Shown here piece after piece: positions 48,645 to 59,444 of a stretch of 64,000 nucleotides of DNA. The translations under genes were made by a program, and so were the position numbers. The notes beneath the pieces are model-generated. The model had not been told where the DNA came from. It searched no databases and saw nothing but the letters and a program-made list of their open reading frames with translations. The stretch lies in the IMG/VR virus record IMGVR_UViG_3300047494_000112, positions 64,001 to 128,000 of that record; one strand, given 5' to 3'. This stretch comes from a virus. Every line of letters begins with the position of its first letter. Position 1 is the first letter of the stretch.

Positions 48645-50192
48645 ATGAAACAAATTATGGCGTCAACAGACTGGAGCCAAGATCGTTTAATTGAAATATT
48701 CAACGAACTTGAAAAATTGAACGAAGAAAAATACAAATATGATCTCTATCCTAATCAGATAGAAATTGTTCCTTACAGTTGGATGATTGATAATCATTCA
48801 TCGCATGGTGGTTTACCTATTCTGTATAAACATTGGTCCTTCGGTAAAGCGTTTGTTAAATTTTCAAATGCTTATAAAGCTCGTCAAACTGGATTAGCTT
48901 ACGAAATGATAATCAACACAAATCCGTGCATTGCGTATTGCATGGAGGAAAACACCGAAGTAATGCAAACCTTGGTGATGGCTCATGCCTCTTTTGGGCA
49001 TAATTTTGTTTTCAAAAACAACTACCTATTTCAACAGTGGACAGATGCTGCTGAGATTTTAAACTATTTGGAATTTGCTAGAATCTATGTTTCTCGTTGT
49101 GAAGAAAAATACGGTGAAAAGCAAGTAGAGTTGTTTCTGGATGCTGCTCATACCTTGCAATTTTCTTCATTCACGCGGTACCCACGTAGTCGAAAATATT
49201 CCGTAAAAGACAATGAGCAACGCAGGTTAGCTCGAGTTAAAGACTATGAAAAAGATTATAACGAAATTTGGGAAAGTATTCCACGAGGTAAAAAAGATGC
49301 TGGCTCACTTCGTGCTGAATATAAAGCTCGTATGAATTTACCTGAAGAAAACATTTTGTATTTCCTTGAAAAATACTCTCCAAATTTATCTGTCTGGCAG
49401 CGTGAAATTCTTCGTATTGTTCGTAGCATCGGACAATATTTTTATCCAAATATTCAAACCAATCTAGTGCATGAAGCAGCAGCCACTTGGACTCACCATT
49501 CTATGCTGAATGATTTGTACGACAAGGGTTTGATCCATGACGGAGGAATGATGGAATGGTTGCACTCACACTCTTCAGTAGTTTATCAACCAACTTTTAA
49601 TCAAAAATTTGGTCCAGGACATTTTAATCCTTATGCTTTGGGTTTTGCAATGTGTAAGGATATGGAAAGAGTCTGTCTTAATCCTACAAAGGAAGATAAA
49701 GAATGGTTTCCTGATATTGCGGGAAGCAAAGACTACATAGGACTATTGAAATACATTTGGTCTAATTTTAGAAACGAAAGTTTTGTTCGACAATACTTGT
49801 CACCGAAAGTAATTCGAGACCTAAGAATGTTTTCAGTTAGAGATGATAGCACCGAAGATACTTATACCATTACAAACATTCATGATAAAGAAGGCTATAA
49901 GCAAGTTCGTTCAATCCTTGCTGATAGTTATCTTGTTGAAAATATGATTCCAAATGTTGAAGTAGTCGATGCCGATATTTTAGGTGACAGGACTTTGTCA
50001 CTTGAATTTGTCTCAGCAAATGGACATAGATTATATCCTAGATATGCTCAGAAGACTTTGGATGCAATTGCAGATATTTGGGGCTACCCTGTTAAACTAA
50101 ATGAAAATTACTCCTCACCTTCAAAGAGGATTAAGACTGAAACTTATGAAGCCAATCCTACTCGACCTTTTAATGAAAGCTTCATGATATAA
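48645..50192 (+). CDS. spoVR: SpoVR/YcgB family protein
   Basis: YPNQIEIV, HWSFGK, LAYEMIINTNPCIAY, AHASFGHN, FNPYALGF, ESFVRQYLSP. Confidence 0.95.
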   Translation: MKQIMASTDWSQDRLIEIFNELEKLNEEKYKYDLYPNQIEIVPYSWMIDNHSSHGGLPILYKHWSFGKAFVKFSNAYKARQTGLAYEMIINTNPCIAYCMEENTEVMQTLVMAHASFGHNFVFKNNYLFQQWTDAAEILNYLEFARIYVSRCEEKYGEKQVELFLDAAHTLQFSSFTRYPRSRKYSVKDNEQRRLARVKDYEKDYNEIWESIPRGKKDAGSLRAEYKARMNLPEENILYFLEKYSPNLSVWQREILRIVRSIGQYFYPNIQTNLVHEAAATWTHHSMLNDLYDKGLIHDGGMMEWLHSHSSVVYQPTFNQKFGPGHFNPYALGFAMCKDMERVCLNPTKEDKEWFPDIAGSKDYIGLLKYIWSNFRNESFVRQYLSPKVIRDLRMFSVRDDSTEDTYTITNIHDKEGYKQVRSILADSYLVENMIPNVEVVDADILGDRTLSLEFVSANGHRLYPRYAQKTLDAIADIWGYPVKLNENYSSPSKRIKTETYEANPTRPFNESFMI

Positions 50193-50208
50193 ACCAAAGG
50201 AGAATGAC

Positions 50209-50796
50209 GTGTTCCGTAAGAAAATACTAGAGACTAGCATTGAATATACGTGCGGATCCAGGGATGACACATATGGTGATCCTTGGATCAACCTGGCTTG
50301 TCATGCAGAGCTAATGGCTGTGTATAAAAAGTATGCAGGAAATAAGCATACAGGAGGTCATGATGCTGCAATGTTTCAAGTCTTATGCAAAATATCCAGA
50401 ATTGCTTGTGGCAAGCTGAAAGACGATAACTACATTGATCTGGCAGCTTATGCTGCAATTGCCTATGAATGTGACAGAGTAGAATTGGATAAACCCGAGA
50501 ACCAACCTAAGATTGGCGGTCCTGAAATTCAAGAAATGTTAGAGAAGAATCGACACCCTCCCCAAACTAGCTATGATGAAATGTACAAAAGAATTTCTGA
50601 CATGTATGGTGTTACCACCTCAGTAATTGATCCTACAAAAATATTGCAAAATGCAGTACCAACGCCTACTAAAAAAATTGAAGAGACTAGAATCGTTAGT
50701 GGTAAAATGGGAACACTAACACCAGGTAGCGCATTTTTTCAAAATGAAATTGAAGATGAATGCCCTTGTGATACTTGTGAATGTGGTAATAAATAA
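50209..50796 (+). CDS. DUF6378-like phage protein with C-terminal extension
   Basis: RDDTYGDP...KISR...DNYIDLAAYAA. Confidence 0.7.
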   Translation: MFRKKILETSIEYTCGSRDDTYGDPWINLACHAELMAVYKKYAGNKHTGGHDAAMFQVLCKISRIACGKLKDDNYIDLAAYAAIAYECDRVELDKPENQPKIGGPEIQEMLEKNRHPPQTSYDEMYKRISDMYGVTTSVIDPTKILQNAVPTPTKKIEETRIVSGKMGTLTPGSAFFQNEIEDECPCDTCECGNK

Positions 50797-50805
50797 TATA
50801 GACTA

Positions 50806-51798
50806 ATGAAATTAGGAGTACTGACTTTGAGTTTGACTGAAACTGTACCTGGTCGCCCTTATAGACCATTTCAATACCCTTGGTGCTTTGACTACTTTGA
50901 GCAGCAAAAGAAAATTGATTGGATGCCTTCTGAAGTCGCCATGGGCGATGATGTTAAAGACTATCATGATAGTCTAACCCCCGGCGAAAGAAATCTCTTA
51001 ACGCAAATTTTTCGTTTCTTTGTTACTGCTGATCAGGAAGTAGGTAACAATTATCACGAGCGTTATCTTCCAATCTTTAAGCCTACAGAAGTGCAAATGA
51101 TGTTGCTGCAATTTGCAGCAACTGAATCGGTTCATGTCTGGGCTTATTCTCATCTAATTGATACTATCGGTCTCCCGGAGACAGAATATTTAGCATTTCT
51201 TCAGTACAAGGAAATGACTGAAAAATACGAATATTTTTCAAAATTTTCAATTGACAATCCTCATGAGGTTGCAAAGACTTTAGCTGCTTTTGGAGCCTTT
51301 ACTGAAGGCTTGCAGCTATTTGCATCCTTTGCAATTTTACTAAATTTTCCTCGATACAATTTAATGAAAGGAATGGGCCAAATAATTTCCTGGTCCGTCC
51401 GCGACGAATCGCTCCATTGCGATGGTGTAATAAGATTGTATCATACTTATTTGGATGAGAATCCAAGTATAAACAAGGCTGAATTACAAAAAGACGTTGA
51501 ACAAATTTGTCGTGATATTGTCAATCACGAAGATGCTTTTATTGATTTAGCTTTTGGTGTTAGCGAAGATATTCGTGGCATGACAGCAAAAGATATTAAA
51601 GATTATATTCGTTATGTTGCCAATATGCGCTTGCTTCAATTGAAAATGGAACCCATTTACAATCAAATGGAAAATCCTATTCCTTGGTTAGCAAAGCAAT
51701 TAAACAGTGTTGAGCATGCAAACTTTTTTGACGCCAGAGTAACTACTTATAGTAGATCCGCAACGACCGGTAGCTGGGAAGAAGTGTTCGATGACTAA
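50806..51798 (+). CDS. nrdB: class I ribonucleotide reductase beta subunit
   Basis: DWMPSEV, ESVHVWAY, FTEGLQLF, RDESLH, NFFDARVTTY. Confidence 0.96.
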   Translation: MKLGVLTLSLTETVPGRPYRPFQYPWCFDYFEQQKKIDWMPSEVAMGDDVKDYHDSLTPGERNLLTQIFRFFVTADQEVGNNYHERYLPIFKPTEVQMMLLQFAATESVHVWAYSHLIDTIGLPETEYLAFLQYKEMTEKYEYFSKFSIDNPHEVAKTLAAFGAFTEGLQLFASFAILLNFPRYNLMKGMGQIISWSVRDESLHCDGVIRLYHTYLDENPSINKAELQKDVEQICRDIVNHEDAFIDLAFGVSEDIRGMTAKDIKDYIRYVANMRLLQLKMEPIYNQMENPIPWLAKQLNSVEHANFFDARVTTYSRSATTGSWEEVFDD

Positions 51799-52005
51799 CG
51801 CTATTTCGGCTACAACATTGGTTGCTGACAATGAGTTAGATTTGTTAAAAACAGCTCAGATTCATGCTTACAATTCTGGTAAAGCTGTTTACATTGCAAG
51901 AACTCTTGACAAAAAATTTTGTATAACTAATCTAATTCCGCATTGTGCAGCTTGGCGTAAAGATAAATTGGAATGGATTCGGACTGTGTTACCAACCGAA
52001 AAAAC

Positions 52006-52368
52006 ATGAAAAGAATCTTAGTCTGTGGTGGTAGAAAATATTCAAACGTAACACGAGTTTATGAGGTGTTAGACAAACTACAAGATAAGCATGGAAATTT
52101 AATTGTTGGTCATGGTTGGGCTACGGGTGCAGATACATTGGCAATGGAATGGGCTAAAAGCAGAGAGCAGATTTGCTTTTGTTTCCCTGCCCAATGGAAA
52201 ACATTTAAACGTTCGGCTGGATTTAAACGTAACGCTGAAATGTTAAAATTATTTGAACCTAATGTTGTAGTTGCTTTTCCAGGAGGAAATGGTACAGCTA
52301 ATATGGTTCAAATAGCTGAAAAAGCAAACGTTAGAATAATAAAACTTGAGGAGAAAAACAGTGACTAA
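52006..52368 (+). CDS. SLOG-family (DUF2493) protein
   Basis: RILVCGGR, HGWATGAD, AGFKRNAEM, AFPGGNGT. Confidence 0.85.
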   Translation: MKRILVCGGRKYSNVTRVYEVLDKLQDKHGNLIVGHGWATGADTLAMEWAKSREQICFCFPAQWKTFKRSAGFKRNAEMLKLFEPNVVVAFPGGNGTANMVQIAEKANVRIIKLEEKNSD

Positions 52369-53101
52369 CAAAACAATGGCTGATTATGTAAAAGAAGCTT
52401 GGGCTGACCCAAACAGCACAATTGCTTGGAACCCAAAAGCAGGTAGTGATACGTTTGTAGAAAATACTTGTGTTATGGCTGGAAAATGGCCGGTAGGATG
52501 GATTGATTGGACTAGTTTGACGAGAACTGAGATGCAGAGTCAAGCTATTAGGCATAATAATAAAGTACGGCAGATGGCTATGGTGCCAGTCGTCTCAACT
52601 GAACAACCTAAGACATGGGAAAACCAGCCATGGGTTGGAATTGATATGGCCAAGCAAGCTGAGATCAACTGTGCTATAGATAAAAGCTCTGAACAAACCT
52701 ACAATCTAGGTAATGAACTGCGTGAAACCTATCAACAATGGGTAGTTAGAATTGATAAAATCAACCAGGAAAAGAAAAGATATCAGCCAGTATCTAATCA
52801 TCAGCTAGAACAAATTAATAATGAGTTAGAGCAAACAAAGCTAGAATTACAGAGTGCTAAAGCAGAAATTGCTGTACTAAAACAAGTCAATAAATATAAC
52901 GAAATGACAAAGAATGATATTATGAATATGCTTGATATTCAAAAACTTCCAGGTAATGCTAGTGCAAACGAGTACATGAGAGGATTGGCAAATGGTTTAA
53001 TACTTGCCCTTAATTCTTTTAGAAGAAACTCAGGTAAACCTGAATTAGAATTAGTTCTTTATCCTTATGAAGATAAGGCCTTAACGCGCAAGCGTTTTTG
53101 A
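52346..53101 (+). CDS. hypothetical coiled-coil protein
   Basis: ORF track. Confidence 0.55.
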   Translation: MRRKTVTNKTMADYVKEAWADPNSTIAWNPKAGSDTFVENTCVMAGKWPVGWIDWTSLTRTEMQSQAIRHNNKVRQMAMVPVVSTEQPKTWENQPWVGIDMAKQAEINCAIDKSSEQTYNLGNELRETYQQWVVRIDKINQEKKRYQPVSNHQLEQINNELEQTKLELQSAKAEIAVLKQVNKYNEMTKNDIMNMLDIQKLPGNASANEYMRGLANGLILALNSFRRNSGKPELELVLYPYEDKALTRKRF

Positions 53102-53107
53102 TGCTTC

Positions 53108-54097
53108 ATGATTCCTGATTCCAGTAATTTCATACTTTCAAATCAAAAAGAAGAGATATCTAGAGAGATTCATACCCCTACTCTACTCTCTATCTTAGAT
53201 GACCTGTTATATGCAGCGTTTTCTCCGTTGTACAAGGAAACAACTTTTTTTCGTAGGTTGCTAATGCAGGTTTTGTTATACGCCACAGAAGATAATAGGC
53301 GCAAAATTTCTCTTCTTGAAAAGGAAAAAATCAATGCGTGGTTACTCAAAGCGGTTTACGACAACCGCTTTGATTTCTATACTAGTGCAAAAATTGATCG
53401 TGGAATATATGTTGATTTAATTGATCAATGTGTTCATTTGTTAGAACCAATTGAAGACATTGAAATTGGAATACTAGGAAAAAACAGATTATCTTTTCTT
53501 GAACAGCGTAGACAATTGGCTCTATTTTTTGGAGTAAACCAAGATAGATTATATTCATTATATCAATGGACTTCTAGCTATTTGAAATTATACCTTCAAT
53601 TTAAGGAACGTATAGCTTCTAGGTATTATAAATTAGCTTACCACGAAGCTAACAGAGTATATCACTCTGAAACTAAAAGAATAGATACAGCTGATCTATG
53701 CAAGAATCTGGTCTTGTCTACATGGCGAGCGATAGACAAGTGTGATGCTAGTCAAGGCACCCTAACAGGCTTCATTCAACGCTCATTTCTCAACGCAAAA
53801 ACTTACCCTGAACATGGTCATTTATACGGTACAGCCTATGACGTTCCGATGTCAGCACGTCACTTGCTTTCAAAATCTGGTAAAGTAGCTGAGAATCAAT
53901 CAGTCTCGTTTGATTTACCTGAGATACAAGACAAAATAGAAAAAGTTGATGCAGAAGAAATTAATTATAGCACTGTAGACAAAAATTTGCTAACATTTTT
54001 ACGATCAGTTCCAGGTTTAGAAATTGGTCTATTGATGTTAGGCATACCTATATATCTAACACAAAAAGAGCTTGAACGTTTAAAAGGAATAAGCTAA
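53108..54097 (+). CDS. sigma-70-like transcription factor
   Basis: Region-2-like YYKLAYHEANR...DLCKNLVLSTWRAIDKCDASQGTLTGFI. Confidence 0.6.
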   Translation: MIPDSSNFILSNQKEEISREIHTPTLLSILDDLLYAAFSPLYKETTFFRRLLMQVLLYATEDNRRKISLLEKEKINAWLLKAVYDNRFDFYTSAKIDRGIYVDLIDQCVHLLEPIEDIEIGILGKNRLSFLEQRRQLALFFGVNQDRLYSLYQWTSSYLKLYLQFKERIASRYYKLAYHEANRVYHSETKRIDTADLCKNLVLSTWRAIDKCDASQGTLTGFIQRSFLNAKTYPEHGHLYGTAYDVPMSARHLLSKSGKVAENQSVSFDLPEIQDKIEKVDAEEINYSTVDKNLLTFLRSVPGLEIGLLMLGIPIYLTQKELERLKGIS

Positions 54098-54767
54098 TGG
54101 AAGCTAATCAAGACATTTGTAATATAAATGAAACCGCTGAACCTATGGACATAAAGTGGAAGGTAGTTTGTGGCAACACGAATAACACATTGGATAATGT
54201 TGCACAAAGTAAGTTAAACGTTACTTTGTCATTTCAACCATCAGAACCTATTGTCTTAACTTTTACTGAGGACGATTCTCCTAGAACGCTTGAAATACTC
54301 AGGCAATGGTACATGTTTTTAGGAGCTGAAGCTGATAACGACATTTCTCTAAACACGTTGAGGTACAAGTGAAGACTGATCACATTTTCTACAAAGACTT
54401 ATCTAAATATGTTAGGCTGCTCTGGTCTCTAGTACAGCATCGCGATTTGCTTCTTGAATTTGGCTGTAAAGCCGGAGACTCTGGCAGCCTTTGGCTGCAT
54501 GAATTAGGATATAAAAATCCTGAGTATTCAACGGAATGTATTCAGCATGAAATAAAGCTAACCATTCAAGAAATGCTTGTAAATCAAAATTCAGGTATTC
54601 ATCAGCATTTTGTCAATGTTTGGATAGAAAACGGCAGCTTGCGGGTAAAGATACAATTGCAAATGTATGTTGGATCCACCATACTAGACTTTGGAATTAA
54701 TGTAGCCCCTTATGAGGTAAAGCCTAAGACTGATCTAACACTAAACCTTTTAAGGTACAAAGATTAA
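54097..54767 (+). other. two hypothetical ORFs (54097-54372, 54369-54767)
   Basis: ORF track. Confidence 0.55.
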
Positions 54768-54804
54768 ATTGGTAAAATACTAACGTAACATAGGAGTAGA
54801 ATAC

Positions 54805-55989
54805 ATGACCGGAGGTTGGTCAAGCGCTAAACCAAAAACACGCAGCAATAACATTCGACTCAGCGAAGAGATCGACATGTATGAGTTTCCCAAAAAGAAA
54901 TGGGTAAAAGTAAGAATGTTTGGTCCCATAACAAGCTATTCTCAGCTGTGGTTTGAGATCATTTCTTCTAAGCAAAAAAAGAAGGTCAAAATTCCTAAAA
55001 TTTGCCTTGACTATAATTCTCTAACTGAAGAATTTGAAGAAAAGGGATGTCCATTTCGCAAACTTGGCGGACAAATGACTCAGAACTATATCATTAATTT
55101 TATTGTTAGAGATATTCAGGAGGATGGTCCAACTAAGAATGGCTTAAAATATACAGATTTTGAGAAAAAGAAGCGTGATGTATTAGGTGAAAAATGGCGT
55201 GTTAAGGAAAAAGGATCCAAAACTTGGACTCCTGTTAGAGCAAAAGAATGGTCAGCTACAATGGCTGAAAAATTTCAGTCTCTAAAGACTCTAAATGTTG
55301 TCAAAAACAAAGATGGTGTCAAAAAAGAGTATGATATTACTCATCCAAAATTTGGTCGAGATATTTTGCTTAAATGGGATCCTGATAGCAAAAGTCCAAT
55401 AAAATGGGAAATTCAGCTTGAAGAGCGTACGCCTTTGACAGAAGAAGAATTGGAATACTGTATTCAGCCCTTGACAGGTCTTGAGTCTATTAAACCAATG
55501 GAATTATCAGCAGCAAAAGCTGAGGCGAAGGGTCTTGCTGGTATGCTGGTTGATAAAGACTCACGTAAAGATATTGATGATGACGATGACGAAGCTAAGC
55601 CAAAGAAAAAGAAGCGTGTTGAAGATGACGATGACGATGACGATGAGCCAGTAGTCAAGAAGAAAAAACGTCCTGTAGACGAAGAAGAAGATGATGACGA
55701 TGACTCAGATGATGACTCCGAAGAAGATGATGACGATGACTCCGATGATGATGACGATGACTCAGATGATGACTCCGAAGAAGAAGATGATGACGATGAG
55801 GATGAGCCACCAAAAAAAGTAAGCAAGAATAAACTAGGTACCAAAGCAAAATCTAAGCATCGTGACGATGACGATGATGATGACGATGAGCCAGTAGTCA
55901 AGAAATCTTCAAAAAATAAGATTAAGGACAAAAAGAAGAAAAAGAAACCAGTTGATGACGATGAATTTGATGATGACGATGAATTTTGA
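54805..55989 (+). CDS. T4 gp32-like ssDNA-binding protein with very long acidic/basic tail
   Basis: KVRMFGP, CPF, NFIVRD, GRDILLKW; D-rich tail ending DDDEF; located directly before RecA. Confidence 0.65.
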   Translation: MTGGWSSAKPKTRSNNIRLSEEIDMYEFPKKKWVKVRMFGPITSYSQLWFEIISSKQKKKVKIPKICLDYNSLTEEFEEKGCPFRKLGGQMTQNYIINFIVRDIQEDGPTKNGLKYTDFEKKKRDVLGEKWRVKEKGSKTWTPVRAKEWSATMAEKFQSLKTLNVVKNKDGVKKEYDITHPKFGRDILLKWDPDSKSPIKWEIQLEERTPLTEEELEYCIQPLTGLESIKPMELSAAKAEAKGLAGMLVDKDSRKDIDDDDDEAKPKKKKRVEDDDDDDDEPVVKKKKRPVDEEEDDDDDSDDDSEEDDDDDSDDDDDDSDDDSEEEDDDDEDEPPKKVSKNKLGTKAKSKHRDDDDDDDDEPVVKKSSKNKIKDKKKKKKPVDDDEFDDDDEF

Positions 55990-55996
55990 TTAAAAC

Positions 55997-56029
55997 AAGG
56001 GCGGCTGTAATAGGTCGCCCTTTTCATTT
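55997..56029 (+). terminator. intrinsic terminator-like hairpin
   Basis: AAGGGCGGC-TGTAATAG-GTCGCCCTT followed by TTCATTT. Confidence 0.7.
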
Positions 56030-56037
56030 GAGGTAAT

Positions 56038-57510
56038 GTGTTTATGCCTAAAGTAAAAGAAAAGATTAAAAAGAAAAAAGTTGCAAAAACAAAGCAAGTG
56101 GAAGAAAAAGCAAAACCTAGTTTAAAAGGCATCTATAGCCAACTACTAGATGAAATTGAAAAAGAGTACAGCCTTAGCTCTTCTGATCTTCATCGACATA
56201 GAATTTCATCAGGCTTAATATGCTCTGACTTGGTTATTGGTGGAGGTTTATGTGCGGGATGGTGTAGTGTTTCTGGGCAAGAAGCTAGCGGTAAATCTAC
56301 ACTGACTGCCCACGCCATGAAAGAGGCGTTGAAATATGACCTGTTTATTAGAGAAATGCTTGATCCCGAAGGTACAGTTGAGAGCGTTTACACGGGGAAT
56401 ATTTTCAATGTCAAAAGCCTAACTGAAGTATTCGGTGAAAAGAATAACAAAGGTGAATGGATAGGAGAACCTGGAGATATTCGTTATTCCGATGTCAATG
56501 TGATGGACGATATTTTTAACTCGCTTATTAAGACAACAAAAAGCTTACCTGACAAAATGTACCGAAAAGAAAATGACTCTTGGTATTTTGTCTTGGACCC
56601 GAACGATAAGAGAACAGCCCTTTTCCGCGAGTCCTTGGGTGAACCTGATGCCAGTCTTAAAAGAAAGACTGGTAGATTATGGTACCTTACTGATAATCCT
56701 TGGCCTCAAGCTTTTATTACTTTGGATAGTTTGCCTGCTTTGATCACCGAAAAATCGGAAGAAAAAGATGATAATGATAAAGGCTTAGCGCATCAAGCTA
56801 GAGCCTTTTCAGAATTTCTTCCTAGGCTAGTAGGTAAATTGAGGCGTAAAAACATTGTCATTATGGCTGTAAATCAGCTTCGTGAGAAACCAATGGTAAT
56901 GTTCGGTTCTCCCTTTTATGAGCCAGGTGGAAACGCTTTAAAGTTTTATGCCTCCAATCGAAATCAAATGTTTCCTAGAGTAATACCCCCCTCTTGGCGT
57001 ACTAGTGGTGGTACAAACAATATTGCAATTGAAAAATCCTTAGTTGGTGATAGCTTTGATGAATACCAGTGGAAGGAATTCCTCAACTCTAAGAATAAGT
57101 GGAGCACACCATACAGAAAATGCTCAATGAGAGTGTGGATAAAGGACGGTCAAACCTCTGAAGGTAGGGGATTTGATTTGGCTTTTGATACTTGGATGGG
57201 TTATCAATACTCTAGCTTAGCTACCCAAATTAACAAGAGCATAGATAAAAAGACCACAAAAGTGCTTCAATTTAGAAAGGATTTGCCTAAAGGCCTTGAA
57301 AGTTTAGCCGGTAAGGAAATTCCTTGGCGTGACATGAAAGCTTTGGTTTACGGTAAAGAGTTCAAGCAACGCGAATACAAAGATTTGGGTGAAAAAACAG
57401 CAACAAAGCTAAAAATTGATCCTAAATTAGACGTTCGTGTAAAGCTAGCAAAGTTGGTGAACACTGGAAAAGTTAGCTATTCACCCGTTAAAGATATCAA
57501 AGACGATTAA
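56038..57510 (+). CDS. RecA/UvsX-like recombinase
   Basis: ISSGLICSDLVIGGG, GQEASGKST, TLDSL, QAR, NQLREKP, PGGNALKFYAS. Confidence 0.92.
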   Translation: MFMPKVKEKIKKKKVAKTKQVEEKAKPSLKGIYSQLLDEIEKEYSLSSSDLHRHRISSGLICSDLVIGGGLCAGWCSVSGQEASGKSTLTAHAMKEALKYDLFIREMLDPEGTVESVYTGNIFNVKSLTEVFGEKNNKGEWIGEPGDIRYSDVNVMDDIFNSLIKTTKSLPDKMYRKENDSWYFVLDPNDKRTALFRESLGEPDASLKRKTGRLWYLTDNPWPQAFITLDSLPALITEKSEEKDDNDKGLAHQARAFSEFLPRLVGKLRRKNIVIMAVNQLREKPMVMFGSPFYEPGGNALKFYASNRNQMFPRVIPPSWRTSGGTNNIAIEKSLVGDSFDEYQWKEFLNSKNKWSTPYRKCSMRVWIKDGQTSEGRGFDLAFDTWMGYQYSSLATQINKSIDKKTTKVLQFRKDLPKGLESLAGKEIPWRDMKALVYGKEFKQREYKDLGEKTATKLKIDPKLDVRVKLAKLVNTGKVSYSPVKDIKDD

Positions 57511-57873
57511 GCAAGCTTCCAGGTGACCGACTCTCCCAGGATAGGTGAAGCGTCCTATTCTTTATCATGGCATTGCTCCATTAGTACGAGAAACCTGGCT
57601 AGGCATGGTCTCGTATTTGGCAAACTCTGGCGGTCTATAAAAAGAAACGGAGAAAGCGTGTCAACGCATTTTGGAGATAAGCATGAAGAAAATTCCTATT
57701 AAAGCTGCAAAAGAAATTGCAGAAAAATATGGATATGATCAGGTAATAGTGTATGCTAGAAAAACAGGAGATATAAAGCCTCATGGCGAGCATATTACCA
57801 CCTATGGTAAAAATAAAGATCACTGCAATGCAGCTGCTCAGATTGGCAATTTTTTAAAGTATAAGATAATAGG

Positions 57874-58470
57874 ATGGACAAAATGACTACTCATCTAATC
57901 GAACAAGTCTTCACAAGAAGAATAGCCATTGCTCATAGACTGATTTCAGATCCTTTGTCACCTTGCTATAGCATTCACGGACACAATGTCTATATCAAAT
58001 GGCACGCAGCCTATCATGCTACAATGTCTTTTACGTTGGATTTTGAAGCTAATATGCTAGCACCTTTTGCAAAGGTAAAAGGAACCATTCATAAATGGAT
58101 GGATAATTATTTAGACCATTCTTTATTCATATCGAATAAAGATAGTCACTTGCCTTTGTATTTAGAAGACAAGATGAAGATGGCAGTATTTCACGGCGAT
58201 CCTACAATGGAAATGGTGGCGGCTTCTCTGTATGCCAAAATCAATGCCTTTTTGTCTGATAGCTTTGAGTTGAAACTCTACTGTCCAATGGTTGAGATAG
58301 AAGAAACTCCAACAAACACAGTAATTGTACGCAGCTCTTTCAATTTACCTAAGAGTTGTCAGCATTGGTGGAATCGAGCTGACATGACAACAAACGATAA
58401 TCTTGCGGTCGCAATTGCAATCAATAATGCAGAGCAAGTTGTAGCAGATGCAGCAGCCCACAGACCATAA
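57874..58470 (+). CDS. queD: QueD 6-carboxy-tetrahydropterin synthase
   Basis: AHRL...CYSIHGHN, LDH, PTMEMV, EETPTN. Confidence 0.82.
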   Translation: MDKMTTHLIEQVFTRRIAIAHRLISDPLSPCYSIHGHNVYIKWHAAYHATMSFTLDFEANMLAPFAKVKGTIHKWMDNYLDHSLFISNKDSHLPLYLEDKMKMAVFHGDPTMEMVAASLYAKINAFLSDSFELKLYCPMVEIEETPTNTVIVRSSFNLPKSCQHWWNRADMTTNDNLAVAIAINNAEQVVADAAAHRP

Positions 58471-59444
58471 TTCTCTGTCTCAGAGCACAGCGTATGATAG
58501 ATATCTTGTGGGTACTGTCATTTGATCTGTACAATTCCTATGGTAATCCGAAATACTACCGTAGATAGCCTGTTCAATGCAAAGGATTGAGTAGCTATCA
58601 AGGTATTTTGACACCGTTTTGTAGTAACAGATAGTATGACGTAGTAAAACGTAGTAACTTGTAGTCATTTACAGCACATGGACATCATGTCATAATTGGG
58701 ACACGTTCACCATGCGCGGATTTCAGCGCGTATTGCGGGGCGTGAAAATGAGGTGTTGTATGTCAAGTGAGAACAGTGTCTCTGACCAAATCAAAAAGCT
58801 GCAAGAAAGCGTAGACTATTTGACGGATACCATTGCGTTTATGGCTGAACAGATTAATCGAGTACAAGTAGGCGTTGCGGACATAAAGGTACATTTACGT
58901 GTAGATGAAAATGATCCTGATGACGATGATGACGACGAATGATCTGGTAAAGTGTTTGCGTTCAAGAATTTCGTGACCGCGTGAGCAGCACGAGATAAAG
59001 GGCTAAACCAAAATGGAGCATAGCATGTCGGACAAATACTCGCCTATCCCAATCAAACCAGGAGAGATGAAAATGGAAACTTTTGTTCACCAGTATGAAG
59101 AGCCAAAGCGCAAACCTGTAAAGAAGCTCAAGAATATTCGGGCAATTGTTCAACAAGCTCTTACGGCATGGAAGCTCCAAGATCACTTGGTATGTCCTGA
59201 TATGCCTTATAGGGAAATTGAGGAAGCTGGAGGAACGGTTACTGTCAACGGTCCCTATCTGAATTACGTCAAGAAACACTCTAAAGCAGGCGACTTTGCA
59301 GCTTCGGGGTACGTTACTGGGCGGTACAGCAAAGGTAGCTGCGCTGTAAATTATAAAGCCTCTGCTGACATTGAGGGGTCTTATGTCGTCGATGAAAACA
59401 ACGTTTGCAAGTTGACTATCGACAATATCACATGGAATGGGCCT

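Noticed and set aside
55464-56132. Poly-Ser minus-strand ORFs (also 63122-63607) and Met/Thr-rich 63154-63450
   Set aside because: Shadow frames of the poly-Asp codon tracts.
41043-57510. Inteins or self-splicing introns in nrdA, nrdB or recA
   Set aside because: Lengths and motif spacing are continuous; no splice-junction motifs seen.
57615-57650. preQ1-I riboswitch (TATAAAAAGAAAC tail)
   Set aside because: No convincing P1 stem or loop consensus; kept only as an unclassified structured leader.
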